From: Methanocaldococcus jannaschii DSM 2661
GTDB lineage: Archaea; AGJL01; Methanococci; Methanococcales; Methanocaldococcaceae
Assembly (NCBI RefSeq): GCF_000091665.1
Contig: NC_000909.1
Location: forward strand, 1,632,971 to 1,664,970
Direction of reading: 5' to 3'
Length of the DNA stretch: 32,000 bases
This document shows positions 8,911 through 19,396 of this stretch, one piece after another (within the stretch, counting starts at the first letter, position 1; every line of letters starts with the position of its first letter). Below the pieces are notes generated by a model. That model was not told where the DNA came from, ran no database searches, and saw nothing but the letters and a program-made list of their open reading frames with translations. A program made the translations under genes and the position numbers.

Positions 8911-10530
8911 ATGAGATTTGATATAAAAAAGGTTTTAGAGTTAGCAGAGAAGGATTTTGAGACGGCATGGAGAGAGACAAGGGCATTAATAAAGGATAAA
9001 CATATTGACAATAAATATCCAAGATTAAAGCCTGTCTATGGAAAGCCACATCCAGTGATGGAGACGATAGAGAGATTAAGACAAGCTTATCTAAGAATGG
9101 GATTTGAAGAGATGATTAATCCAGTTATCGTTGATGAGATGGAGATTTATAAGCAATTTGGACCAGAAGCAATGGCAGTTTTAGATAGATGTTTTTACTT
9201 GGCTGGATTACCAAGGCCAGATGTTGGTTTAGGAAATGAGAAGGTTGAGATTATAAAAAATTTGGGCATAGATATAGATGAGGAGAAAAAAGAGAGGTTG
9301 AGAGAAGTTTTACATTTATACAAAAAAGGAGCTATAGATGGGGATGATTTAGTCTTTGAGATTGCCAAAGCTTTAAATGTGAGTAATGAAATGGGATTGA
9401 AGGTTTTAGAAACTGCATTTCCTGAATTTAAAGATTTGAAGCCAGAATCAACAACTCTAACTTTAAGAAGCCACATGACATCTGGGTGGTTTATAACTCT
9501 AAGCAGTTTAATAAAGAAGAGAAAACTGCCTTTAAAGTTATTCTCTATAGATAGATGTTTTAGAAGGGAGCAAAGAGAGGATAGAAGCCATTTAATGAGT
9601 TATCACTCTGCATCTTGTGTAGTTGTTGGTGAAGATGTTAGTGTAGATGATGGAAAGGTAGTTGCTGAAGGATTGTTGGCTCAATTTGGATTTACAAAAT
9701 TTAAGTTTAAGCCAGATGAGAAAAAGAGTAAGTATTATACACCAGAAACTCAAACAGAGGTTTATGCCTATCATCCAAAGTTGGGAGAGTGGATTGAAGT
9801 AGCAACCTTTGGAGTTTATTCACCAATTGCATTAGCTAAATATAACATAGATGTGCCAGTTATGAACCTTGGCTTAGGAGTTGAGAGGTTGGCAATGATT
9901 ATTTACGGCTATGAGGATGTTAGGGCAATGGTTTATCCTCAATTTTATGAATACAGGTTGAGTGATAGAGATATAGCTGGGATGATAAGAGTTGATAAAG
10001 TTCCTATATTGGATGAATTCTACAACTTTGCAAATGAGCTTATTGATATATGCATAGCAAATAAAGATAAGGAAAGCCCATGTTCAGTTGAAGTTAAAAG
10101 GGAATTCAATTTCAATGGGGAGAGAAGAGTAATTAAAGTAGAAATATTTGAGAATGAACCAAATAAAAAGCTTTTAGGTCCTTCTGTGTTAAATGAGGTT
10201 TATGTCTATGATGGAAATATATATGGCATTCCGCCAACGTTTGAAGGGGTTAAAGAACAGTATATCCCAATTTTAAAGAAAGCTAAGGAAGAAGGAGTTT
10301 CTACAAACATTAGATACATAGATGGGATTATCTATAAATTAGTAGCTAAGATTGAAGAGGCTTTAGTTTCAAATGTGGATGAATTTAAGTTCAGAGTCCC
10401 AATAGTTAGAAGTTTGAGTGACATAAACCTAAAAATTGATGAATTGGCTTTAAAACAGATAATGGGGGAGAATAAGGTTATAGATGTTAGGGGACCAGTT
10501 TTCTTAAATGCAAAGGTTGAGATAAAATAG
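8911..10530 (+). CDS. sepS: O-phosphoseryl-tRNA(Cys) synthetase (SepRS)
   Basis: From Met at 8911: MRFDIKKVLELAEKDFETAWRETRALIK...; 539 aa; class II aaRS features (HMTSGWF, IDRCFRREQREDRSHLMSYHSASCVVV, GLGVERLAMI). Confidence 0.95.
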   Translation: MRFDIKKVLELAEKDFETAWRETRALIKDKHIDNKYPRLKPVYGKPHPVMETIERLRQAYLRMGFEEMINPVIVDEMEIYKQFGPEAMAVLDRCFYLAGLPRPDVGLGNEKVEIIKNLGIDIDEEKKERLREVLHLYKKGAIDGDDLVFEIAKALNVSNEMGLKVLETAFPEFKDLKPESTTLTLRSHMTSGWFITLSSLIKKRKLPLKLFSIDRCFRREQREDRSHLMSYHSASCVVVGEDVSVDDGKVVAEGLLAQFGFTKFKFKPDEKKSKYYTPETQTEVYAYHPKLGEWIEVATFGVYSPIALAKYNIDVPVMNLGLGVERLAMIIYGYEDVRAMVYPQFYEYRLSDRDIAGMIRVDKVPILDEFYNFANELIDICIANKDKESPCSVEVKREFNFNGERRVIKVEIFENEPNKKLLGPSVLNEVYVYDGNIYGIPPTFEGVKEQYIPILKKAKEEGVSTNIRYIDGIIYKLVAKIEEALVSNVDEFKFRVPIVRSLSDINLKIDELALKQIMGENKVIDVRGPVFLNAKVEIK

Positions 10531-10548
10531 AAATAATCTTTTAATCTT

Positions 10549-11109
10549 TTATTTTTTAACACAGTTTTCAACAAAATACTTATAAACCTTATATCCATCT
10601 TCAGATAGCTCTGGATGGAATGATAGAGCCATATATTTTCCTTGCTTAACACCAACAATTTTATCTCCATCTCTTGCTATAACCTCAACATCATCACTTA
10701 AAATCTTATCAACCACTGGGGCTCTTATAAATACTCCATAAACCTTTCCTAAATCTTTAAATTCAATTTCTTTTTCAAAGCTATCTACCTGCCTTCCATA
10801 GGCGTTTCTTTTAACTGTAATGTCCATCAATTCCAGTAGAATTTGATTAATTCCAGTCCCTTTTGATAACAAAACCATTCCAGCACAAGTTCCCAATATT
10901 GGCAAATTAGAATTTTTTATTTTTTCTAATAATCCATACTTTTTCATTAATTTGCCTATAGCTGTGCTCTCCCCTCCTGGAATTATTAAGGCATCAATTC
11001 CTTCTAAATCCTCTACTCTTTTAACTTTCTTTGCCTCATAACCAGCTTTTTTAATAGCTTCCTCATGCTCTTCAACATCTCCCTGAATTGCTAAGACACC
11101 AATAATCAT
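10549..11109 (-). CDS. pdxT: Pyridoxal 5'-phosphate synthase glutaminase subunit PdxT
   Basis: 186 aa; [50 protein letters not shown]. Confidence 0.95.
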   Translation of the reverse strand: MIIGVLAIQGDVEEHEEAIKKAGYEAKKVKRVEDLEGIDALIIPGGESTAIGKLMKKYGLLEKIKNSNLPILGTCAGMVLLSKGTGINQILLELMDITVKRNAYGRQVDSFEKEIEFKDLGKVYGVFIRAPVVDKILSDDVEVIARDGDKIVGVKQGKYMALSFHPELSEDGYKVYKYFVENCVKK

Positions 11110-11156
11110 ATTATCCCTCTTTGAAATTTAGCCGATAGATATTGTTTAAAATTATT

Positions 11157-12833
11157 TTAATTTTTGCATTTCAATTCTTCCTTCATAAACCTTGCGTTAC
11201 TTCTTCTTATAAACTCTTCACAAACTTCTTCTGGATTCCCTTCCATAACTAATCTGTTCTCATCTAAGAGTATAGCCCTATCACTAATCTCCTTAATAAA
11301 CTCTACACAGTGTGAAACTAAAACTATTGTAGTTCCAAATCTCTCATTGATTATCTTTAGGTAGTTGGCAACATCTCTTAAAGTTATTGGGTCTAAGTCT
11401 CCAAACGGCTCATCCAAGAACAAGATTTTTGGTTTTGTTATCAGCTGTAAAGCCATAGCTACTCTAACTTTCTGCCCTCCACTTAGTTCGATAACTTTTT
11501 TCTTTAAAATATCTTTTCCTAAATCTAAAGCCTCTAAGATTTCTTCTGGTTCAAAGCTCTCAACTACTGGTGGGAAGAGTTTATAGATTATATCCTCTGT
11601 CAATCCCATCTTTTGAAGCTTTGAAATTCTCTCAGATTCTGGGACGTCTATTAATTGGTAGAGTGCATCAACAATCTTTGGAGATAATCCAAGTTCTTCA
11701 GCCTTTGCCTTTGCATGGGCAATAGCTTTCTCTCCTTTAAGTCCTAATCTATACTTTAATAGATTTTCAACTGTTTGGTAATATGGGAGGGAGAACTCTT
11801 GATGCATAATTCCAATTCTCTTTCTAAGCTCTATTCTCTCCCATCCATAGTTAGTTATATCAATACCATCAACTATAATTTTTCCTTCATCTGGTAACTC
11901 TAAACCAGCCATTAATCTCATAATTACAGTTTTCCCAACACCACTTGGCCCAATAATTGATAGAATTTCTCCCTCTTTAACATCGAATGAGACGTTTCTT
12001 AAGTTTAATGTTTCTCCCCCATGCACAACGTAATATCTTTTAGAAACATTTCTAACTTGTATTATTGCGTTATCTTTTATATTAGGTGTTCTTTTGTATG
12101 GGGGTTTCATCTTCTTTAAGAATTCATTTAAAACTTCTTCAACATCTCCATCCATTTTTACTTTTCCATTTTCTAATAGAATTAACCTATCGCAAAGGTA
12201 TCTGTGGATTTCTGGTAAATGGGAGGTTATTATAACTGTTATTCCTAACTTGTCTCTGATGTTTTTAATCACATCCAATAACTTTTGTTTTGATGCTGGG
12301 CATGCCATTGTTGCTGGTTCATCTAATAATAAGACTCCCTCTCCTTTTTCATAGATTTTAGCTATCTGTCTTCCTAAGATTAGCCTTTGTTTTTCTCCTC
12401 CACTCAGTATATTTGCAAAGGCATCTTTTTTATGTTCTAAACCAACTAATTTTAAAATTTCTATAGCTGTTTTTTCATACTCCTCCCATTCTTCTTCCAG
12501 TGGAAGTTGTTCATCAGCATTGTTTCTTATTGCATAAAGCTTTCTAATTATGTTGTTTATAACTGGCTCTGCCCATAGTGCGAAGTTTCTTTGCAAGTGT
12601 ATAGCTGTAATCTCTTTAAAGTTGTCTTTTCTACCTAAAATCTCAACCTCTCCCTCATCATAATCTAAACTTCCTCTTAAAATTCTTATTAATGTTGATT
12701 TCCCAGCTCCACTTTTTCCAACAATTCCTAAGATTTCTCCTTTCTTAGCTTCAAATGAAACCTTATCTAACGCTTTAAAATCTCCGTATTTTTTTGTTAG
12801 ATTTTTTACTTTAACTGTAATCATGGTTATCAC
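11157..12833 (-). CDS. Two-domain ABC ATPase resembling methyl-coenzyme M reductase activation component A2 (AtwA-like); start uncertain
   Basis: 558 aa; two Walker A (GKSGAGKSTL, GPSGVGKTVI), two signature motifs (LSGGEKQRL-like, LSGGQKVRVA), two Walker B. Confidence 0.8.
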   Translation of the reverse strand: MITMITVKVKNLTKKYGDFKALDKVSFEAKKGEILGIVGKSGAGKSTLIRILRGSLDYDEGEVEILGRKDNFKEITAIHLQRNFALWAEPVINNIIRKLYAIRNNADEQLPLEEEWEEYEKTAIEILKLVGLEHKKDAFANILSGGEKQRLILGRQIAKIYEKGEGVLLLDEPATMACPASKQKLLDVIKNIRDKLGITVIITSHLPEIHRYLCDRLILLENGKVKMDGDVEEVLNEFLKKMKPPYKRTPNIKDNAIIQVRNVSKRYYVVHGGETLNLRNVSFDVKEGEILSIIGPSGVGKTVIMRLMAGLELPDEGKIIVDGIDITNYGWERIELRKRIGIMHQEFSLPYYQTVENLLKYRLGLKGEKAIAHAKAKAEELGLSPKIVDALYQLIDVPESERISKLQKMGLTEDIIYKLFPPVVESFEPEEILEALDLGKDILKKKVIELSGGQKVRVAMALQLITKPKILFLDEPFGDLDPITLRDVANYLKIINERFGTTIVLVSHCVEFIKEISDRAILLDENRLVMEGNPEEVCEEFIRRSNARFMKEELKCKN

Positions 12834-12918
12834 CCATAACTGTGATGATAATATTTGCAGTAATAATTATTAAATATGTTAATAACTTATAAACTTAGCA
12901 AAAAGTTTTAGGTTTTAG

Positions 12919-13533
12919 GTGGTAACCATCATTGCTGGCATAATTTTATCTGGTGGTAAGGGAGAGAGGATTGGTGGGAAAAAGCCATTCAGAGTTTTTA
13001 ATGGGAAATATCTAATAAACTATCCATCAGATATTTTAAAAAGTTTAAATATCCCTTTTGTTACAGTCTTTGCAAAAAATTCTATTGATTTAGAGATGGA
13101 GAAAGAATATTTAACCAAATATAAATGCTTAATATCCTTTGATTTAATTGAAGGTAAAGGGCCGTTAATGGGTATCTTATGCGGCATGAGAGTTTTAAAT
13201 GCCAAGTGGTTTGTTGTTCTGCCTTGTGACTGCCCTTATATAAATAAAGAAGCTTTAAAAAAATTAATATCTAATATTAGTATAGCTGAAAAAAACAACA
13301 ATCTATGTATAATTCCGAAACATGAAAATGGATATATAGAGCCACTCTTTGCTTTATATAAAAGGGATGCGTTATCTATTCTAAATAAAATTATTATGGA
13401 GGATAAAAACTTATCGATTAGGTATTTTATCTCATATTTAAATCCTTTATACATAAAAGCTGAAGAATTGGATGAGAGTAAGAGAATTTTCAAAAATATA
13501 AATACAATAGAAGAGTTGATGGATAATGAATAA
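12919..13533 (+). CDS. mobA: MobA-like molybdenum cofactor (molybdopterin) nucleotidyltransferase; start uncertain
   Basis: GIILSGGKGERIGGKKPF, VVLPCDCPYINKEALKKL, ENGYIEPLFALYKRDAL. Confidence 0.8.
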   Translation: MVTIIAGIILSGGKGERIGGKKPFRVFNGKYLINYPSDILKSLNIPFVTVFAKNSIDLEMEKEYLTKYKCLISFDLIEGKGPLMGILCGMRVLNAKWFVVLPCDCPYINKEALKKLISNISIAEKNNNLCIIPKHENGYIEPLFALYKRDALSILNKIIMEDKNLSIRYFISYLNPLYIKAEELDESKRIFKNINTIEELMDNE

Positions 13534-14206
13534 ATTAAAGCTAAAAAATGAGAAAGAGGTTAGGATTAAATTTGGGGAATATAAACTTACTGGGTTCTCT
13601 TCTGATAATGGAAACAATCTTTACAAACTTTTTAATCTGACTCTATCAAAGATAAGATATAGAAAAGCCATGTTGGAGCATAATTTTCAGCTGCCTAAAA
13701 TTAAAGAAAGCCATAAACCTAAAGAAATAACTGAAAAAATTAAAGAAAATGATATTTACTTTTTAGAGCTTATAAATGAAATAAAAAAGGATTTTAAAGA
13801 TTTCTGCTCATTAGATGCTGGGACTCTATTTGAGTTATTTATGTATTACACTCTCATAGAGTTCTTTAAAGAAAATAACATAGATGCAAAGGTTATTAGA
13901 AACTTGGATGTTAGCTATAAAGGAAATATTTTTACAGAAATAGATTTATTTGTTGATGTTTTTGGAAAAAACTTTATTTTTGAATGTAAAAACAGACATA
14001 TAAGCTCAAATGCCATTTTAAAGCTTTATGGTATTATGAAAATACTAAATATTAACTTTGGCGTTTTAGCTTCAACAAAGGGCTTCTATGGAAATTTAAA
14101 AAAGGAAGATATCTTTAAAGAATACAACATTTACATACTTGATAAATTGATTGAGAAAGAGAAGAATAAGATTTTTAAAGAGCTAAAAGATATTTTTAAT
14201 ATTTAG
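13526..14206 (+). CDS. Hypothetical protein with a candidate PD-(D/E)XK nuclease core
   Basis: 226 aa; ...[16 protein letters not shown]...[37 protein letters not shown]... fits an E..D-x(n)-ExK arrangement. Confidence 0.55.
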   Translation: MNKLKLKNEKEVRIKFGEYKLTGFSSDNGNNLYKLFNLTLSKIRYRKAMLEHNFQLPKIKESHKPKEITEKIKENDIYFLELINEIKKDFKDFCSLDAGTLFELFMYYTLIEFFKENNIDAKVIRNLDVSYKGNIFTEIDLFVDVFGKNFIFECKNRHISSNAILKLYGIMKILNINFGVLASTKGFYGNLKKEDIFKEYNIYILDKLIEKEKNKIFKELKDIFNI

Positions 14207-15579
14207 TTAGTTAATGCCTGCAATGGGGCTGGGATTCTACCTCCTCTTTTAATAAACTTCTCAGATGAGTATTTATTAACTTCCATAATTGGAGCTTTTC
14301 CTAACAAACCACCATAATCAACATACTCTCCTGCCTTTTTGCCCGGAACTGGAATAATCCTTACAGCAGTTGTTTTGTTGTTTATAACTCCAATAGCCAT
14401 TTCATCAGCTATTATTGCAGAGATTGTTGATGCTGGGGTATCTCCTGGAATGGCAACCATATCTATCCCTACAGAACAAACACAAGTCATTGCCTCTAAT
14501 TTTTCTAAGGTTAAGGCTCCAGCCTCAACTGCCTCAACCATTCCACTATCTTCACTGACTGGAATAAATGCCCCACTCAATCCACCAACATAGCTTGTAG
14601 CCATAGCCCCTCCTTTTTTAACGGCATCGTTTAATAAAGCCAATGCTGCTGTTGAACCATGGGTTCCACACTTTTCCAAACCCATAGCTTCTAAGATGTT
14701 GGCAATGCTATCTCCTCTTGCTGGAGTTGGAGCTAATGACAAATCAACAACTCCAAACTTAACTCCCAACTCTTTAGATACTTCTCTACCAATCAATTCC
14801 CCAACTCTTGTAATTTTAAAAGCTACCTTTTTAATTTCATTTGCCAAAGTTCCAAAATCAGCGTCTGGCAGTTTTTCAATAACTGCCCTAACAACTCCAG
14901 GCCCTGAAACTCCTACGTTTATAACCTTATCTCCTTCCCCAACTCCATGAAATGCCCCAGCCATGAATGGGTTGTCTTCAGGAGCATTGGCAAAAACTAC
15001 AAGCTTAGCACATCCAATAGCCTTTTCTGTTCTGAATGCTGTCTCTTTAATAATCTCTCCCATTCTCTTTACAGCGTCCATATTAATTCCTGTCTTTGTT
15101 GAGGCAACATTTACTGAGGAGCAAACTCTCTCTGTCTTTTCCATCATAAATGGGATAGAGTCAATTAAAGCTCTATCCTCCTTTGTTGCGTCTTTATGAA
15201 CCAATGCTGAATATCCTCCTAAAAAATCTACTCTAACTTTCTTAGCAGCTTTATCTAATACTTCTCCAACCTCAACACAAGCTTTTATTTGCTCTTCTTT
15301 ATCTAAATCCTTTATAGCTCCACCGATGACTAATGATATTGGTGTAACTGCTATTCTCTTATTAACTATTGGAATCCCATACTTTTCAGAGATTCTTTCA
15401 GCTGTTTCTACTAAATTTTCAGCTGAAGATGTTATTTTGTTGTATATGTTTTCCTTTAATTCGTCTAAATCTTTTGAAACACAGTCTCTCAAACTTAATC
15501 CTAACGTTACTGTTCTCAAATCTAAGTTTTCCATTTTAATCATTTTGATTGTTTCTATAATCTCTTCTGGTCTGAACAT
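14203..15579 (-). CDS. UPF0210 (DUF711) family protein
   Basis: 458 aa; [112 protein letters not shown]. Confidence 0.85.
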   Translation of the reverse strand: MFRPEEIIETIKMIKMENLDLRTVTLGLSLRDCVSKDLDELKENIYNKITSSAENLVETAERISEKYGIPIVNKRIAVTPISLVIGGAIKDLDKEEQIKACVEVGEVLDKAAKKVRVDFLGGYSALVHKDATKEDRALIDSIPFMMEKTERVCSSVNVASTKTGINMDAVKRMGEIIKETAFRTEKAIGCAKLVVFANAPEDNPFMAGAFHGVGEGDKVINVGVSGPGVVRAVIEKLPDADFGTLANEIKKVAFKITRVGELIGREVSKELGVKFGVVDLSLAPTPARGDSIANILEAMGLEKCGTHGSTAALALLNDAVKKGGAMATSYVGGLSGAFIPVSEDSGMVEAVEAGALTLEKLEAMTCVCSVGIDMVAIPGDTPASTISAIIADEMAIGVINNKTTAVRIIPVPGKKAGEYVDYGGLLGKAPIMEVNKYSSEKFIKRGGRIPAPLQALTN

Positions 15580-15706
15580 GGTTATCCCTATAAAAATTAA
15601 TTTAATCCATAATTAAGAAACAGTTTATTATATAAACTTAGTTATTATTAAGTTTATTAAAAAGTATTAAATTGGAATATATTTATCTTTTTATTAAAAA
15701 GAGATT

Positions 15707-17104
15707 TTATTTGTTTAGTAGAATCTCTTCAATTTTTTCTAAGATATTTATCTCCTCTACTTTTCCATTTTTGTCCTTATATTTAAATATGAACCTTTTG
15801 ATTCCATTTTTTTCTTCTATGTAGTTCTTATTATATCTAAGCGAAGTTTTTTCACTAAGTTCAATTTTTCCATTTTTATTTTCTACGGAAATATAAATTT
15901 CAGTTACACTTTTTTCAAACCCAGCATGTGCTAAGAAATTCCTAATCTTGAATTTGTCAATATTCTCCCTTCTAATTTTATATATTGGAGTCCAATTTCC
16001 TAAGATTTCACTAAGTTCTTCTTCTTTATATTTGGTGTTTATTATGTTATAAAGGGATGAAATCTCATTTTTGATATATTGAGAGTTTGGATTTTCTTTG
16101 AATAAGGTATTTTTTAATTCATCAATCTCTTCTAAAGATAGCTCGTCTTTTATCAATTGAGGAATTTCGCTAATCTTTGAAGCAAAATATGCTTTAACCA
16201 AGCTATTAAATCCTTCTCCGAAATATAAGTATCTTTTTAATATTTTATCTTCTGGATTAATTTTTATATTTGAAATAAATGCTCCAATAAGTTCATTTAA
16301 ATAAATCTCAATTTTATCTTTCTTTACAAAGAATGTTGAATAAACTAAAGGTAGAGCATAAACAATAGAAGCTATAAATGCATTTATATTTTGTTTCATT
16401 ATTCTTAATTCTTTTATCTTTGGATTCATGTTAATTTCTTTTTTTATTTTTCCTATTTCTTTTTTATCTACAAATTTGGTTGCGTCTAAAAAATCCAAAG
16501 TCATACCTTTAATGTCATAGGACGGTTTTATAATCACATCTTCCACAGTGTGGATGTTTAATATTTCTTTTTCTCTTCCAACATAGGGGTCTGAGTTATA
16601 AACAACTAATCTAACCTTATTTTTTATTGCTAAAATTTCTAAGAGGTCTTTAATTACTCTATAGGTTAAGACAGGCATGTAATTTAATCCATGTGTTAAG
16701 TCCAAATGAACTTCCAAATCTCCATCCAATCTTTTAGACAATTCATAAAGGGCAAAAGAATAATAATCAGTCAAATTCCCATAAAATTTAAAGTATTTTT
16801 CAAAATCTTTGTTATAAAATGTCCCAACTCCAGGACATACAATTACCTCGTAATTATCAATGTTTAAATTTTCTTTTATAAAATTCTCTGTCTTTTCTTT
16901 AACTTCTTTTACAATATCTCCATAATTTTCTGATTCTAAATTAGATAAAGTATCTAAAACCAATATATAAACTTTATCTGGGTTTATTTTATCATAAATG
17001 GCAGATAAAGAGCTTTTTGATTCTTTTTCAACTCCATTAAATGAGTAGATAACTTTTTTCCAACTTGAAAAATTTCCCCATGGAGCAATTAATATTTTTT
17101 GCAT
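15707..17104 (-). CDS. csx1: CARF-HEPN CRISPR ancillary protein (Csx1/Csm6 superfamily, MJ1666-like)
   Basis: 465 aa; CARF-like N-terminus MQKILIAPWGN..., VHLDLTHGLNYMPVLTYR, C-terminal RNFLAH (HEPN Rx4H); starts as a TAATG overlap with the csm5 stop. Confidence 0.85.
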   Translation of the reverse strand: MQKILIAPWGNFSSWKKVIYSFNGVEKESKSSLSAIYDKINPDKVYILVLDTLSNLESENYGDIVKEVKEKTENFIKENLNIDNYEVIVCPGVGTFYNKDFEKYFKFYGNLTDYYSFALYELSKRLDGDLEVHLDLTHGLNYMPVLTYRVIKDLLEILAIKNKVRLVVYNSDPYVGREKEILNIHTVEDVIIKPSYDIKGMTLDFLDATKFVDKKEIGKIKKEINMNPKIKELRIMKQNINAFIASIVYALPLVYSTFFVKKDKIEIYLNELIGAFISNIKINPEDKILKRYLYFGEGFNSLVKAYFASKISEIPQLIKDELSLEEIDELKNTLFKENPNSQYIKNEISSLYNIINTKYKEEELSEILGNWTPIYKIRRENIDKFKIRNFLAHAGFEKSVTEIYISVENKNGKIELSEKTSLRYNKNYIEEKNGIKRFIFKYKDKNGKVEEINILEKIEEILLNK

Positions 17105-18225
17105 TATTCCACCAATGTCATCTTAATCCATCCTAATGGAGCAATAGCAGAGTTATTTTTGACATAAACTGTTTTTGTTGTTGGGAAATCTAAATAACTA
17201 TTTGCCTTTAACCATGCATTTTTTAAGTTCTTATTTCCACCACTTAGAGCGATAAACAAACTCTTTATTTTTCTAAAGTAAAGATGATTTTCGTCATTTT
17301 TCCATAATAAAGGATATACTGTTTTATTTAAAAAGCCCCCTCCAAATCCTAAGTTCAAATAGATTGCATCATCTTTGTTTATATCAGCTAAGAGTTTTTC
17401 ATAGGATTTTTCAACATAAACAGGATTGTTTTTCTTTAATTCAAATTCAACAACTGTTTTTGAAAAATTGTTACAGAGATTTTTTAATATGTCAAATTTC
17501 TTCTCATCATCTTTTGGATTGTAATTTGTTTTTAGTCTTTTATTGATATTTTTAAAAAATTCATCTTCAATTTTTATGTTTATTGAAAATGTTCCTTTTG
17601 TCATCCCTTCCATATTTATTGGAACATCAAATTTCTTTTTTCTATAATTCCATCTTTTTGTATGTATGAATTTAAATTCACCTTCTAAATTTAAACTATC
17701 TGAGATTTTAAGATATTTAAAGAAATCCTTTGGAATGTCTTTTGATATTGCATTTTTTTCTAATTCTTTTCCTTTATCGTGTAGTTTTATATTTCTATCG
17801 TCTAATATCTTTAGCAATTCAGGAAGGTTTTTATCATAATAGTTGAATATATAGGCTGTTCTTATAGCCCCTTTTATTGAACTTCCTGGAATATAATAGG
17901 TGTTATTTTGGTTAATAAATTTTTTAACTCTTGTTTTTTTATTGCTAAAAATCTCACTTTCTATCTTCCTAATAACATAATCATAAGGATTTAATCCAAC
18001 ACTTTCTAAAATATCTTTAGCTGTTAGATTTAACCTGTTGTTGTCTATATTTGAAACTATTAATCCACTTATATAATCAACCTTTTCCAAATCATCCAAA
18101 TCAGAAACTGCTTTTTCCAAATCAATTATATGAGCTAATCCATCTTCTATAAAATAATCTAATTGACTGTATTCCTCCCCACAACCAATGAAAATTGGAG
18201 TTATTAATTCACATTTAACTTCCAT
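17104..18225 (-). CDS. csm5: Type III-A CRISPR RAMP protein Csm5
   Basis: MEVKCELITPIFIGCGEEYSQLDYFIEDG, YIPGSSIKGAIRTAY, LFLALSGGNK, NNSAIAPLGWIKM. Internal Met at 18225 preferred over 18360 because it overlaps the csm4 end by about 11 nt. Confidence 0.88.
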   Translation of the reverse strand: MEVKCELITPIFIGCGEEYSQLDYFIEDGLAHIIDLEKAVSDLDDLEKVDYISGLIVSNIDNNRLNLTAKDILESVGLNPYDYVIRKIESEIFSNKKTRVKKFINQNNTYYIPGSSIKGAIRTAYIFNYYDKNLPELLKILDDRNIKLHDKGKELEKNAISKDIPKDFFKYLKISDSLNLEGEFKFIHTKRWNYRKKKFDVPINMEGMTKGTFSINIKIEDEFFKNINKRLKTNYNPKDDEKKFDILKNLCNNFSKTVVEFELKKNNPVYVEKSYEKLLADINKDDAIYLNLGFGGGFLNKTVYPLLWKNDENHLYFRKIKSLFIALSGGNKNLKNAWLKANSYLDFPTTKTVYVKNNSAIAPLGWIKMTLVE

Positions 18226-19345
18226 AGTTATCCCTCTTTGGATTAAATGGGAGTAATATTGGTTTTCCATGGGTATAGACCTTATGATTAAGTTTATTGT
18301 TGTTTTCATTATTCTTATTCTGCTCGTCATCATCATTTTGAGGGGATATGTCTTTAACATCCCCTATAAAGTCATTTTTCACAATTGAGCCCTCAGTTAA
18401 AGCTAAAATATTCCTTTTTGGCTTTGTTAAACATTCCAATGAGTATATATAGCCACCAATTTCAATTAATTTGTAATATTCAATATTTTTTATATCATCT
18501 TTATTAGGAATTCCAACTCCCAAGAGCATTTTATATTCTAGATTGTTGTATTTTGAATTTTCATCCAATATTTCATTAAAATCCTCTGGTAAATCAACTA
18601 TCTCAACCTTCTCAAAAAATCCTGCTCCAATACTTCTTTTTCCCCCTAAACCTTCATCTTCTATTAATTTTATTGATGCCTCTAATTTTTTGATAAATTC
18701 TTTATCTTCATTGTTGTAATCAATTAAGAAATAGAACTCAACATTTTCATTTAGTTTTATAAATTCGATGTTGTAGAGTTGCCCTTTGTCATCTTTTTCT
18801 AATGTAATGTCTTTTAACCTATCTATAGCAACTTTTTGCTCTAAATGTTTTGATATTAAGCTAATTTTTGCATGTTTAAGTTTCTCTGCTTTTATACCAA
18901 AAATTCTTTTTATTTCTTCAATTTCCTTTTCAGAAATAACAATGCTCTTATTTATTGTCTGATAATCAACAATATGCTTTATTTTATTCTTCCAATCCAA
19001 CTCATTATCTAATAATTCCTTATATGCCTTTATTGAGAAAAACTGAATTTTTTTAATGTCTTTTGGTTTAATTCCAGGATTTCCCTTTAATTTATAAAAT
19101 TCTGGATGTTCTGGTTTTGGAATTAGGTAGATGTTCTTTATTTTATACAATAGGGATGATAATCTAATATTCTTTATTTTTTCTATATTTTTCTCTAAAT
19201 CTTCCCTTCCATATAGCTTAATGTAATTATTCACTATTGCAGAAAACAAACTATTTGAATGAAAAATTTTACTGTTTCTTTCCAAACTTCCTTCCCCAAA
19301 ATGAAATTTACTGTTTATTTTTGGTTTCAATACAACCATTTTCAT
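18215..19345 (-). CDS. csm4: Type III-A CRISPR RAMP protein Csm4
   Basis: 376 aa; LKPKINSKFHFGEGSLERNSKIFHSNSLFSAIVN, DEGLGGKRSIGAGFF. Confidence 0.88.
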   Translation of the reverse strand: MKMVVLKPKINSKFHFGEGSLERNSKIFHSNSLFSAIVNNYIKLYGREDLEKNIEKIKNIRLSSLLYKIKNIYLIPKPEHPEFYKLKGNPGIKPKDIKKIQFFSIKAYKELLDNELDWKNKIKHIVDYQTINKSIVISEKEIEEIKRIFGIKAEKLKHAKISLISKHLEQKVAIDRLKDITLEKDDKGQLYNIEFIKLNENVEFYFLIDYNNEDKEFIKKLEASIKLIEDEGLGGKRSIGAGFFEKVEIVDLPEDFNEILDENSKYNNLEYKMLLGVGIPNKDDIKNIEYYKLIEIGGYIYSLECLTKPKRNILALTEGSIVKNDFIGDVKDISPQNDDDEQNKNNENNNKLNHKVYTHGKPILLPFNPKRDNYGS

Positions 19346-19396
19346 CTCTGCCCACCATAAAAAAGTTTAGTTAAAAATTAAAATTAATTAAAACTG

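Noticed and set aside
9195-12354. Numerous 60-110 aa ORFs opposite sepS and the ABC ATPase gene
   Set aside because: These are antisense shadows of long conserved genes with no recognisable domains.
18226-18360. N-terminal 45-aa extension of the supplied csm5 ORF (MLKTYPLKMMMTSRIRIMKTT...)
   Set aside because: It overlaps the csm4 3' end in another frame; the Csm5 core begins at MEVKCELITPIFIG (18225).
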